Positions 45,316 to 53,721 of a DNA stretch of 56,784 bases are shown here, piece by piece. Within the stretch, counting starts at the first letter, position 1. Each line of letters begins with the position of its first letter. The notes beneath the pieces are model-generated. The model was given only the letters and a program-made list of their open reading frames with translations, was not told the DNA's origin and did no database searches. Source of the stretch: an uncultured Candidatus Saccharibacteria bacterium (lineage in GTDB: Bacteria; Patescibacteriota; Minisyncoccia; Sungbacterales; HO2-52-23); the NCBI GenBank assembly GCA_964358425.1, contig CAYHON010000002.1:9350-66133 (forward strand), written 5' to 3'. Both the position numbers and the translations under genes were made by a program.

Positions 45316-46326
45316 CTACCTCTTCGACAAGATACTCCTCTTGTACACATCCAAATGTTCCAACGCGATGCCGGTGCCTTTGGCCACGCACAAAAGCGGT
45401 TCCTCGGCGATGTGCGCCTGCACCCCTATTTCCTGATAAATAAGTTTATCGATATTGCGCAAGAGCGCTCCCCCGCCGGTGACCACGATGCCTTTATTCA
45501 TAATGTCCGCGGCCAGCTCCGGCGGAGTGTCATGCAGAACTGATTTCATCGCCCGGATTATTTCATCCAGCTCGTCGGCGATAGCCACGGTGATTTCCGG
45601 AGAATTTATCTCCACTGTTTTGGGCAGGCCGGTCATCAGGTCGCGCCCTTTTATTTCTATTTTCAGACCATCATCGTCCATCTGCACGGCCGAGCCGATT
45701 TTTATTTTTATGTCCTCGGCGGTGCGGTCGCCGATGGCGAGATTGTAACTTCTTTTTATATAATCCGAGATAGCCTGATCCAGCCGGTTGCCGGCCACCT
45801 TTACGGAAGTGGAGGTCACAATACCACCGAGCGAAATTACGGCAATATCCGCCGTACCTCCGCCGATATCTATGACCATGTGTCCGGCCGGCTCATTGAT
45901 GGGAATGCCTGCGCCGATGGCCGAGAGTACCGGCTCCTTTACCACATAGGCGGCCCGGGCTCCGGCCTGCACCGTGGCCTCTATCACGGCCCGGCGCTCG
46001 GTGGAGGTGACTCCGGCCGGGACCGAGACCATAACATCGGGTTTGAAAAGCCGGACTCTGCCCCCCGCTTTGTTTATAAAATACCGGAGCATAGCTTCGG
46101 TCACGCGGTAGTCGGCAATAACTCCGTCGCGCAAAGGACGGTAGGCCACGATAGTATCGGGCGTACGGCCGATCATATCTCGGGCGGCGCTTCCGACGGC
46201 CAGCACTTTGTTGTCGTCACGGGACACCGCGACCACCGAAGGCTCGTTTATAACCACTCCTCTTTTGGGAACAAAAACCAGCGTGTTGGCGGTTCCGAGA
46301 TCTATACCTATTTTTCTTGTAAACAT
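45316..46326 (-). CDS. mreB: Actin-like MreB (copy 2)
   Basis: Motifs KIGIDLGTANTLVF, EPVLSAIG and IDIGGGTADIAVISLGGIV. It is a second full-length paralog in the window. Confidence 0.9.
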   Translation of the reverse strand: MFTRKIGIDLGTANTLVFVPKRGVVINEPSVVAVSRDDNKVLAVGSAARDMIGRTPDTIVAYRPLRDGVIADYRVTEAMLRYFINKAGGRVRLFKPDVMVSVPAGVTSTERRAVIEATVQAGARAAYVVKEPVLSAIGAGIPINEPAGHMVIDIGGGTADIAVISLGGIVTSTSVKVAGNRLDQAISDYIKRSYNLAIGDRTAEDIKIKIGSAVQMDDDGLKIEIKGRDLMTGLPKTVEINSPEITVAIADELDEIIRAMKSVLHDTPPELAADIMNKGIVVTGGGALLRNIDKLIYQEIGVQAHIAEEPLLCVAKGTGIALEHLDVYKRSILSKR

Positions 46327-46388
46327 AAGTTAAAAGCTAAAAACTAAAAGTATAAAACTAAGGTATCGCTTCGCAATGTATTTATATT

Positions 46389-47747
46389 TTATGTTTTTAA
46401 TTGTTGTTTTTCACTTTTGGTTTTGCGTTCTATATCCGCTCCCAACTCCTTTAGTCTCTCCTCTATCTTCTCATAGCCCCTGTCCACATGGTCTATGCCG
46501 GAAATTTCGGATTGTCCCTCGGCCACCAAAGCAGCGATGATATGGGCCATGCCGGCGCGAATGTCGGTCATGGTGATGGTTTTTCCGCGCATGCGTGTAG
46601 GACCTTCTATGAAGGCGGTATGATTGAAAGATTTTCCCCGATAACGACAAGGCGCGTCCTCCGGGCATTCCGCGCTTATCTCAATTTTAGCCCCCATCCG
46701 TTTTAAGTCCTTGGTATAGCCCAGCCGGTCTTCGTAGACGGTTTCGTGTATTATTGATTTTCCGTGAGCTTGAGTCAATAGTATGCAAAACGGCTGTTGC
46801 CAGTCGGTCATAAAGCCGGGGTGAGGCGAAGTCTCCACAATCGTTGCCCGGTATTCTTTCTGTCCGATAAATTCAAGGCCGCCGTCTTTGTTTTCGCAGA
46901 CACCTCCGACCTCCCGCACTTTTTCCAGAAAATTTTTCAGATAAGCCGAGCTTGGCAGATGCGCGAAATTTATTTCCGAACCTATATTCTTTATTTTTAC
47001 CTTGCCTCGGGTGGCCAGGGCTGCGGAGGCCAAAGACACTATTTCGTTGCGGTCGGGTATGACTTTTATTTTTACCCCGGTAAGTCTCTTTACACCCTCA
47101 ATCTCTATTTTCCGGTTTTCTAAATCTAAAGAAATTTTTGCCCCCATAGCCATAAGCATATCCAGCAGATTTAGTATTTCGGGCTCGATAGCCGCGTTGC
47201 GGATACGGGTTTTGCCTTCCGCTGTGACGGCGGTCAAAATAACATTTTCGGTAGCACCCACCGACGGATAAGGCAAAACCATATCCGCTCCATGCAGTCC
47301 CCGGGTGGTGGCGTAATAAGAATTTTCACGTCGTTCAATTACCACTCCCATCTTGCTCAAGGCCTCCACATGAAAATTAATCGGCCGGTGGCCGATAGGG
47401 CATCCACCCGGCACCGGTATTTCGGCGACTCCCCGGCGGTGCAGAAGCGGGCCCAGGGCGAGCACCGGTATGCGGTTGCGGCGCGATAATTCCGGCACGA
47501 GCGAGTTTTTAATCTCGGGAGATTCTATCCGGCAGGTGTGATTGTCCAACGTAACCCGGCTGCCTATTTTCTCGCAAAGCTCCTTGGTAATCTCGGTATC
47601 CTCCGAACGGGGTATATTTTCCAAAATACACGGCTCCTCCGTAAGCAAAGACGCTACCATCATTTTGGTAGCGGCATTTTTGGATCCTCTTACTTCAGTT
47701 TCCCCCGTCAGGGATACACCTCCTTTTATTAAAAATTTATCGGACAT
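46389..47747 (-). CDS. murA: UDP-N-acetylglucosamine 1-carboxyvinyltransferase
   Basis: Starts MSDKFLIKGG..L.GE..V.GSKNA and shows the EPSP-synthase-like double-domain pattern. The catalytic loop is PGGCPIGHRPI. Confidence 0.9.
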   Translation of the reverse strand: MSDKFLIKGGVSLTGETEVRGSKNAATKMMVASLLTEEPCILENIPRSEDTEITKELCEKIGSRVTLDNHTCRIESPEIKNSLVPELSRRNRIPVLALGPLLHRRGVAEIPVPGGCPIGHRPINFHVEALSKMGVVIERRENSYYATTRGLHGADMVLPYPSVGATENVILTAVTAEGKTRIRNAAIEPEILNLLDMLMAMGAKISLDLENRKIEIEGVKRLTGVKIKVIPDRNEIVSLASAALATRGKVKIKNIGSEINFAHLPSSAYLKNFLEKVREVGGVCENKDGGLEFIGQKEYRATIVETSPHPGFMTDWQQPFCILLTQAHGKSIIHETVYEDRLGYTKDLKRMGAKIEISAECPEDAPCRYRGKSFNHTAFIEGPTRMRGKTITMTDIRAGMAHIIAALVAEGQSEISGIDHVDRGYEKIEERLKELGADIERKTKSEKQQLKT

Positions 47748-47812
47748 TGTTATAATCATACGGATTTTTACCATCTTTTCAAGGACGGTAAAAAATGCTA
47801 AGCTTTTAACTG

Positions 47813-48904
47813 ATGGATATAAGATTTAGGCGTAAAATTTTTTATTTATTGGTGGCTGTTTTTTTATTACTTTCTCCCCTGCTGATAACCTATTCTCTGG
47901 GCTACACTTTTGATTTTTCCAATCGCCGTCTCGACCGCCTCGGCGGTATTTTTATTAAATCCGAAACTTCCAGGTTGGGTGTTTTTTTGAATAATTCTTT
48001 TCAAAAAGAGACTTCTTTTTTGTCCGGCGGGGCGCTTTTAACCGGACTTGAACCCGGGGAGTATTTGCTTCGGCTGGACCGGGCAGGTTTTCAGTCGTGG
48101 TCCAGAACCGTGAAGGTTGATCCGGGTCTGGTGACCGAGCTACGCGATGTTATTTTATTTCCAAACCCCGTCGTTGAATCGGCGGCAACTGCGGAAGAAA
48201 AATCCGTCCTGGCCAATTTATTTTCACCCAGTCTCCCCTACCAGCTGGATAGCCAAAATAATCTTATCCAAAAAACAGCCATATCCTCCAAGATACTAGT
48301 GTCCAATGTAAAATATTTTGCCATGGCCGGAGAAAAAATACTGCTTGTTGACGGCAACGGATTTTTGGCCCGCATCAACCTTCAGGACGGCTCAATCCAG
48401 ACCATCGGGCGTCCCGGATTTGTCTTGAATGATAAAATACCGTTTAGGTTTATGTCCTCCGCCCGGGGTGAGGCGGCGGTCATAGATTCGGCCGAAGGGC
48501 TTTATATGCTGGACAGCGCAGACAAGCTTTATCCTTTGCATGGGGGCGTGATCCAAGTGGCTTATGATATGGAGGGAAATAAACTGCTTATCGTGAGCAA
48601 AAATAGTATGGAGGTTTTATGGCGAGCTGATAATACCAAGCAACCTTTCCAGACTAAAGGGACCAGAGAGCTTATTTTAAAAACCAGCACACCCATTTTA
48701 GACGCGGGGTGGTTTTATCACGACAACGCTCACGTGATTCTGCGTACACTAGAGGGTATTTTTATAACCGAATTGGATGGACGGGGCGGGCGTAATACTA
48801 CGGAGCTGATTACCGGTAAAACCGATAGCCTAAAAACTTCGCTGGATTTCCCGGATAAAATATTTTTCGGCCGCGACAAAAAAATATACAAACTGGAGTT
48901 TTAG
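47813..48904 (+). CDS. Hypothetical membrane-anchored protein with a PEGA-like domain
   Basis: N-terminal TM segment. LEPGEYLLRLDRAGFQSWSRTVKV resembles the PEGA motif. The remainder is predicted to be beta-rich. Confidence 0.45.
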   Translation: MDIRFRRKIFYLLVAVFLLLSPLLITYSLGYTFDFSNRRLDRLGGIFIKSETSRLGVFLNNSFQKETSFLSGGALLTGLEPGEYLLRLDRAGFQSWSRTVKVDPGLVTELRDVILFPNPVVESAATAEEKSVLANLFSPSLPYQLDSQNNLIQKTAISSKILVSNVKYFAMAGEKILLVDGNGFLARINLQDGSIQTIGRPGFVLNDKIPFRFMSSARGEAAVIDSAEGLYMLDSADKLYPLHGGVIQVAYDMEGNKLLIVSKNSMEVLWRADNTKQPFQTKGTRELILKTSTPILDAGWFYHDNAHVILRTLEGIFITELDGRGGRNTTELITGKTDSLKTSLDFPDKIFFGRDKKIYKLEF

Positions 48905-48913
48905 CTAGAAATC

Positions 48914-48940
48914 AAAAATTCCCCGAGAGGGGAATTTTTT
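48914..48940. terminator. Bidirectional rho-independent terminator
   Basis: AAAAATTCCCC-gaga-GGGGAATTTTTT between convergent genes. Confidence 0.85.
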
Positions 48941-49011
48941 GGTGTTAACGTTTTGCCCTAAAACAAAATTCGCCACTATGCAAATTTTGTTCGGACAGCG
49001 CTAAGCGAAGC

Positions 49012-49587
49012 TTAGCGCTTTGCCCATTGCGGCGCTTTGCGGGCTTTTTTGAGGCCGAATTTTTTGCGTTCCTTCATGCGAGGGTCCCGTTTCAGGTAGC
49101 CGGCCCGTTTGAGTCTTTTTCTAAAATCGGGGTTGAAGATTACAAGACAGCGGGCCAGACCGTGGCGGATGGCTTCGGCCTGGGAGTGGATGCCGCCGCC
49201 ATGGATTAAAACCGTTATCTTAAAACGTCCGAAAAGCTTCATTTTCTGCAAAGCTTCTTCGGTAATTCTTTGTAATTCTTGGGTCGGGAAGTAGGAAGTG
49301 TAATGCTTGTTGTTGACCAAAAAATCACCCGGCTTGGTGTAAAGTCTGACCCGGGCGGTGGAAGTTTTGCGGCGTCCGACGCCCTCAAAATATCTTTCGA
49401 TTTTTTTGCCGTTATCGTCAGTCTTGTCCGACAAATCTTCCAGGGTAGCCGGCATAGCTTCGGCTAAAATCTCTTCCTTGGTCTCAACTTCCGCTACTTT
49501 CTCGACCGGCTTTTCTACTTTAACAGCCTCCTTTTTGGAAGGAGTTTTTTTGACCGCTCTTTTTTTTGTGACAGTAGCTTTGACCAT
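49012..49587 (-). CDS. rpsI: 30S ribosomal protein S9 with a roughly 60-aa Lys/Glu/Val-rich N-terminal extension
   Basis: The core is GRRKTSTARVRL...GGG.HSQAEAIRHG.AR...RDPR.KERKK.G...ARK..Q..KR. Confidence 0.9.
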   Translation of the reverse strand: MVKATVTKKRAVKKTPSKKEAVKVEKPVEKVAEVETKEEILAEAMPATLEDLSDKTDDNGKKIERYFEGVGRRKTSTARVRLYTKPGDFLVNNKHYTSYFPTQELQRITEEALQKMKLFGRFKITVLIHGGGIHSQAEAIRHGLARCLVIFNPDFRKRLKRAGYLKRDPRMKERKKFGLKKARKAPQWAKR

Positions 49588-49596
49588 TTTTACAGA

Positions 49597-49953
49597 TTAC
49601 CTCTTTATTTCTCCTTTCAGCATCACCAAATTTTTGATAAATTTGGCCCTTAATTTATTTTTAGGCAGCATACCCATCACCGCTTCTCTCAAAACCAGCC
49701 GCGAATCTCTTTTTAGTAAGTCTTCCAGTTTTTCCTCTTTAAGTCCTCCGTGGTATCCCGAGTGCCTCCGGTAAAGCTTCTGGCCGGTTTTTTTGCCGGA
49801 AAAAGCTAGGCGGTCGGTATTGAAAACAGTAACCACATTGGAGGTAAACCTAGACGGGTCATAGGAGGGATTATTTTTCCCGCGCAACAATATGGCGACT
49901 TCGGTCGCCAGTCTGCCCAATATTTTCTTTTCGGCGTTTATTTCGTAGTTCAT
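49597..49953 (-). CDS. rplM: 50S ribosomal protein L13 (short)
   Basis: Motifs ILGRLATEVAILLRGKN and YRRHSGYHGGLKE. Confidence 0.9.
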   Translation of the reverse strand: MNYEINAEKKILGRLATEVAILLRGKNNPSYDPSRFTSNVVTVFNTDRLAFSGKKTGQKLYRRHSGYHGGLKEEKLEDLLKRDSRLVLREAVMGMLPKNKLRAKFIKNLVMLKGEIKR

Positions 49954-50036
49954 GTATAAGTGACATGTGACACGTGACTTGGAATTTTAGTTTGGTGTAT
50001 TTTCCTTGTCGCTTGTCACTTGTTACTTGTCACTGA
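49954..50036 (-). repeat. Heptad-repeat hairpin element, copy 1 (rplQ|rplM spacer)
   Basis: + strand: gtaTAAGTGACATGTGACACGTGACTTGGAATTTT...TTTTCCTTGTCGCTTGTCACTTGTTACTTGTCAC. It starts right after the rplM start codon complement and ends 2 nt before the rplQ stop. Confidence 0.9.
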
Positions 50037-50038
50037 TT

Positions 50039-50386
50039 CTATTTTACAAGCTCTATTACGGCCATCTTGGCGGAATCGGATTTTCGCTGTCCCAGCTTGG
50101 TGATGCGGGTATAACCTCCCTTGCGGTCGGCCTGTTTTTTACCCACCTCCAGTATTTTTTTGACCAGCTTAGCAGAGAACTGCGACCTTAGCAATCTTTG
50201 GCTGGACAAACTCATTTCCTTGGCTTTGGTTATAAATTTTTCCACGCGTGGGCGGAGTTCTTTGGCTTTGGCCTCGGTAGTGGTTATTTTCCCGAACAGA
50301 AAAAAGGCAGAAGCCAAGTCCCGCATAAGGGCCGATCTTTGCGCCGATTCTCGGCTAAATTTTCTGGGTTTTCGGAGATGCTTCAT
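50039..50386 (-). CDS. rplQ: 50S ribosomal protein L17
   Basis: MKHLRKPRKFSRESAQRSALMRDL....TT..KAKELR; GGYTRI.KLG.R..D.A. Confidence 0.9.
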   Translation of the reverse strand: MKHLRKPRKFSRESAQRSALMRDLASAFFLFGKITTTEAKAKELRPRVEKFITKAKEMSLSSQRLLRSQFSAKLVKKILEVGKKQADRKGGYTRITKLGQRKSDSAKMAVIELVK

Positions 50387-50387
50387 T

Positions 50388-51353
50388 TTACGGTTTTAAG
50401 ATTATGCCAAAGTTACCCAAAGCTTTCTTGATTTCATGTATTCCTTTTTCTCCCAGACCCTCTATTTCTTCCAGCGACTCAACTTTTTTACGAGAAAGCC
50501 CCCCGACGGTTTTTATGCCGGCTTCGCGCAAAGCGTTGAGGGTGCGGCTGGAAAACTTCAAAGTATCAAGTTTAATTTTGTTTGTATCTTCCTCGTCTGT
50601 ATTTTTTTCTTCGGTGGAAGTATCTTCCGCTCCGCGGACCTCGTGTTTTTTATCGGGCGCCTGTTCTTTGGCGGCAAAACCTTCGGCCAAGGCCGAAAAC
50701 TGGTCTACCAATATCTTGGCTGATCTTTGAAAAGCCTCCATCGGAGTCAGCGAGCCATCTGTTTCTATGTGAAATCTGACTTTGTTGTAATCGGTCTTGT
50801 CTCCAACGCGCATATTTTCCACTTCATAATTTACGTGTCTCACCGGGGAGAAAGCCGCATCCAGGGCAATGGTGCCCACCTCCACCTTTTCTTTGCTGCG
50901 GGCCTCCACCGGCACATAGCCCAGGCCGGCTTCCACCACCACCTCGATTTTAAACTTAGATTTTTTGGAAGTCAGGGTGGCGATATGCACCTCCGGGCTG
51001 ACCACCTCTACCTGGGAAGGGGTCTCGAAGTCGTCGCAGGTAACCTCTTTTTCTCCGCTGACGGAAAGCTCAATGGTATGGGGGCCGTCGTCGTTGAGCT
51101 TAAATCTGGCCTGTTTGAGGTTTAGGATTATATCAACCGCATTTTCCAGCACTCCTTCCAGAGTAGAAAATTCATGCCCCACCCCCTCTATTTTAACCGA
51201 GGTGATGGCCGCTCCTTTCAGCGAAGATAACAAAACCCGTCTCAAACTATTGCCGATAGTTTGGCCGTAACCGGGATAGAGGCCGTCCAATTCCAGAACG
51301 GCTTTGTTACCCTCGGAAGATATTATTTTAGGCATAACGGGCAAAGATATCAT
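50388..51353 (-). CDS. rpoA: DNA-directed RNA polymerase subunit alpha
   Basis: The N-terminal domain has GYGQTIGNSLRRVLLSS. The C-terminal domain has LKFSSRTLNALREAGIKTVGGL. Confidence 0.95.
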   Translation of the reverse strand: MISLPVMPKIISSEGNKAVLELDGLYPGYGQTIGNSLRRVLLSSLKGAAITSVKIEGVGHEFSTLEGVLENAVDIILNLKQARFKLNDDGPHTIELSVSGEKEVTCDDFETPSQVEVVSPEVHIATLTSKKSKFKIEVVVEAGLGYVPVEARSKEKVEVGTIALDAAFSPVRHVNYEVENMRVGDKTDYNKVRFHIETDGSLTPMEAFQRSAKILVDQFSALAEGFAAKEQAPDKKHEVRGAEDTSTEEKNTDEEDTNKIKLDTLKFSSRTLNALREAGIKTVGGLSRKKVESLEEIEGLGEKGIHEIKKALGNFGIILKP

Positions 51354-51379
51354 GATGATTTTTTATTAATAAAAATAAA

Positions 51380-51997
51380 TTAGCGAGAGAAGAATTCTTT
51401 TATTTTGGTTAGGTCGGCGGTTAATTCTCCGTCTTCTATTTCCGGAGAACCGGTTACTTGTCCTTCTTTTTTATTTTTATCCAGCGTAAGCCAGCGGGGT
51501 GATTCGTACTTTTTATATTTTGATTCCAAATCTTTAAAAATGGCCAGCCCGGAGGATTTTTCTTTCAGGGAAATCAAATCCCCTTTCTTGGCTTGGTAGG
51601 AAGATATGTTGACGGAGCGGCCGTTTACCCGGATATGCCCGTGGTTTACCAATTGCCGGGCAATGCGCCGGGAGTTGGCCAGGCCCAGGCGGAAAACTAC
51701 ATTGTCCAGTCTTGACTCCAGCAGTTTAAGCAAAACCGCATTAAAAACTCCTCTTTTGAAAACAGCTTTTTGGCTGTATGACTCCACTTCTTTATTGGTC
51801 AGGCCGTAAATAAATCTCACTTTTTGTTTTTCATGCAAAAGCTGGCCGAATTCCGAAGAAGCCCGCCGCCGGCTTTTACCGTGCACACCGGGGGCATAAC
51901 TTCGGCGCGTCAAAGCGCACTTGGGGCCCGAACAGCGGTCCCCTTTCAAAAAAAGTTTTTCTCCCAGCCGTCTTTCTGTTTTTTCTAATATCCTCAT
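51380..51997 (-). CDS. rpsD: 30S ribosomal protein S4
   Basis: Motifs EKQKVRFIYG, an S4 domain LESRLDNVVFRLG.A.SR..ARQLV.HGHI.VNG. Confidence 0.95.
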   Translation of the reverse strand: MRILEKTERRLGEKLFLKGDRCSGPKCALTRRSYAPGVHGKSRRRASSEFGQLLHEKQKVRFIYGLTNKEVESYSQKAVFKRGVFNAVLLKLLESRLDNVVFRLGLANSRRIARQLVNHGHIRVNGRSVNISSYQAKKGDLISLKEKSSGLAIFKDLESKYKKYESPRWLTLDKNKKEGQVTGSPEIEDGELTADLTKIKEFFSR

Positions 51998-52081
51998 ACA
52001 TAAGTGACAGGTGACATGGGACAGGTGACATGGAATCTTTTAATGCATTTCCTTGTCGCTTGTCGCTTGTCGCTTGTCGCT
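51998..52081 (-). repeat. Heptad-repeat hairpin element, copy 2 (rpsK|rpsD spacer)
   Basis: + strand: ACATAAGTGACAGGTGACATGGGACAGGTGACATGGAATCTTTTAATGCATTTCCTTGTCGCTTGTCGCTTGTCGCTTGTCGCT. Confidence 0.9.
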
Positions 52082-52084
52082 ATT

Positions 52085-52519
52085 TTATACCCGGCGCACT
52101 TTTTTGGGACGGGGTCCGTTGTGTGGCAGAGGGGTGACGTCTTTGATGGAGATAATCGTCAGACCCTGGTTGGCCAAAGCTCTGACTGCGGAATCTCGTC
52201 CGGAACCTACCCCGCTGACCCGTATCATTATTTCCTGCAGACCGGATTTTTTGGTTTTTTCAACCACCGTCTCAGCCACGCGGGCCGCCGCATATGGGGT
52301 TGCCTTTTTGGCTCCGGTAAATCCCAAAGATCCGGCTGAAGACCAGGCTAAAACTCCGCCTTGGTCGTCGGCGATGGATATAATGGTGTTGTTGTAAGTC
52401 GCCTGGATAAAGGCTATACCCCGGCTGGCTTTATGGCCCGCCTTAACTTCCGGCGCTTTTTTGACGTCGGTTTTGGAGGACTCACCTTCAGATTTTTGTA
52501 TTATTCTTTTCTTTCCCAT
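52085..52519 (-). CDS. rpsK: 30S ribosomal protein S11
   Basis: Core GIAFIQATYNNTIISIADDQGGVLAWSSAG..GF.G.KK.TPYAA. The start is set at MGKKRI; the tracked N-terminal extension MFLVTCHLY is translation of the repeat. Confidence 0.95.
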   Translation of the reverse strand: MGKKRIIQKSEGESSKTDVKKAPEVKAGHKASRGIAFIQATYNNTIISIADDQGGVLAWSSAGSLGFTGAKKATPYAAARVAETVVEKTKKSGLQEIMIRVSGVGSGRDSAVRALANQGLTIISIKDVTPLPHNGPRPKKVRRV

Positions 52520-52594
52520 ATATAAGTGACATGTGACAAGAAACATGTGACATGGAATTTTTAATTTATCCTTGTCGCTTGTTACTTGTCGCTA
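52520..52594 (-). repeat. Heptad-repeat hairpin element, copy 3 (rpsM|rpsK spacer)
   Basis: + strand: ATATAAGTGACATGTGACAAGAAACATGTGACATGGAATTTTTAATTTATCCTTGTCGCTTGTTACTTGTCGCT. Confidence 0.9.
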
Positions 52595-52597
52595 ATT

Positions 52598-52984
52598 CTA
52601 AGTTGGGCTTGAGGACGGTTTTCGGCCTGATCCCATAGTTTTTCTGGTATTTCCCCGGCGGGTGCGGGAATTGGTCTTGGTTCTTTGACCGCGGACAGGC
52701 AGTCCTCTCATGTGCCGGGTGCCGCGATAAATGGACAGCTCTTTTAATCTTTTGATGTTGGTCATAATCTCCCGGCGCAAATCTCCTTCTATCTTATAAT
52801 TTTTTTCTATAATCTCTCTTATCCGGTTTACTTCCTGGGCCGACAAGTCTTTGGTCCTTTTATCCGGATCCACCTGGGCTATCTTTAAAATCTTACGCGC
52901 GGACGTCAAACCCACGCCATATATATATGGAAGAGAATATTCTATCTTTTTGCTGTCCGGAATGTTTATACCTACAATGCGCAT
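52598..52984 (-). CDS. rpsM: 30S ribosomal protein S13
   Basis: MRIVGINIP...YIYGVG...[21 protein letters not shown]. The start is set at MRIVGI; the tracked extension MSHVTCHLC is translation of the repeat. Confidence 0.95.
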   Translation of the reverse strand: MRIVGINIPDSKKIEYSLPYIYGVGLTSARKILKIAQVDPDKRTKDLSAQEVNRIREIIEKNYKIEGDLRREIMTNIKRLKELSIYRGTRHMRGLPVRGQRTKTNSRTRRGNTRKTMGSGRKPSSSPT

Positions 52985-53066
52985 GCATAAGTGACATGTT
53001 ACATGTGACACGTGACATGGAATTTTTAATTTATCCTCGTCGCTTGTTACTTGTTACTTGTCGCTA
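52985..53066 (-). repeat. Heptad-repeat hairpin element, copy 4 (rpmJ|rpsM spacer)
   Basis: + strand: GCATAAGTGACATGTTACATGTGACACGTGACATGGAATTTTTAATTTATCCTCGTCGCTTGTTACTTGTTACTTGTCGCT. Confidence 0.9.
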
Positions 53067-53069
53067 ATT

Positions 53070-53186
53070 TTATCCTTGTCTTTGTTTATGTTTGGGATCA
53101 GATTTACATATAACGAATAGCCGACGTTTCCGCCGGACTACCTTGCATTTCGCGCAACGAGCCTTTACAGAAGCTTGAACTTTCAT
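53070..53186 (-). CDS. rpmJ: 50S ribosomal protein L36
   Basis: My own translation is [38 protein letters not shown]. It is too short for the ORF track. Confidence 0.9.
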   Translation of the reverse strand: MKVQASVKARCAKCKVVRRKRRLFVICKSDPKHKQRQG

Positions 53187-53275
53187 ACATAAGTGACATG
53201 TGACATGTGACATGTGACATGGAATTTTTTAATGCATTTCCCCTTGTCACTTGTCACTTGTTACTTGTCGCTGGT
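53187..53275 (-). repeat. Heptad-repeat hairpin element, copy 5 (infA|rpmJ spacer)
   Basis: + strand: ACATAAGTGACATGTGACATGTGACATGTGACATGGAATTTTTTAATGCATTTCCCCTTGTCACTTGTCACTTGTTACTTGTCGCT. This is the most regular copy, with 4 heptads per arm. Confidence 0.9.
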
Positions 53276-53276
53276 T

Positions 53277-53492
53277 TTATTTCAGCCTAAGAATTATTCT
53301 GCCCTTGGTGTCATCGTAAGGAGACATTTCTACCCTTACTTTGTCTCCGGAAAGAATTTTTATAAAATTTAAGCGCATTTTACCCGAAAGATGACCCAGG
53401 ATTTCACGGCCATCCTCAAGCTTAATTTTAAAAAGGGTACCTGGAAGATTTTCCAAGACTACCCCTTCTATGCTTATCTTTTCTTTGCTCAT
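53277..53492 (-). CDS. infA: Translation initiation factor IF-1
   Basis: [65 protein letters not shown]. The tracked ORF is extended upstream to 53546. Confidence 0.9.
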   Translation of the reverse strand: MSKEKISIEGVVLENLPGTLFKIKLEDGREILGHLSGKMRLNFIKILSGDKVRVEMSPYDDTKGRIILRLK

Positions 53493-53540
53493 TGGTTGTT
53501 TAGACGAGGTCATCTGTAAACTCTTTTTCGTAATGAGGTT

Positions 53541-53634
53541 GCTCAATTTCGAGCGAGGCGAGGAAAGACGACGAAGGTGTATATAAACCTATATACACCA
53601 AGGAGGAGTAACGATGCCGCAGCCGAAATTGAGC
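53541..53634. repeat. Hairpin element homologous to the core of the 20767-20929 element
   Basis: GCTCAATTTCG (53541-51) pairs with CGAAATTGAGC (53624-34), with inner GGTGTATATA-aacc-TATATACACC. The reverse complement AATTTCGGCTGCGG...TCCTCGCCTCGCTCGAAATT aligns with 20806-20890 (AATTTCGGCTACGC...TCCTCGGCTCGCCCGAAATT). Confidence 0.8.
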
Positions 53635-53721
53635 AAATGTAATAGAAAAGTGAGTTTAGAGATGACCTCAACAGGATAGCAAAACCGGCAGGAGATGTCA
53701 ATCTGCCCAGTCTTTTAACGA

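Noticed and set aside
52520-53011. N-terminal extensions [10 protein letters not shown] (rpsM) and MFLVTCHLYM (rpsK) given by the ORF track.
   Set aside because: These residues are simply the translated heptad repeat. The conserved S13 and S11 N-termini begin at the downstream Met ([15 protein letters not shown]).
49954-53275. The tandem GTGACAT / CTTGTCA units as a CRISPR array.
   Set aside because: The units are 7 nt and directly abutting, with no spacers. They are arranged as two complementary arms of a hairpin, split over five separate intergenic sites, and no cas genes are present.
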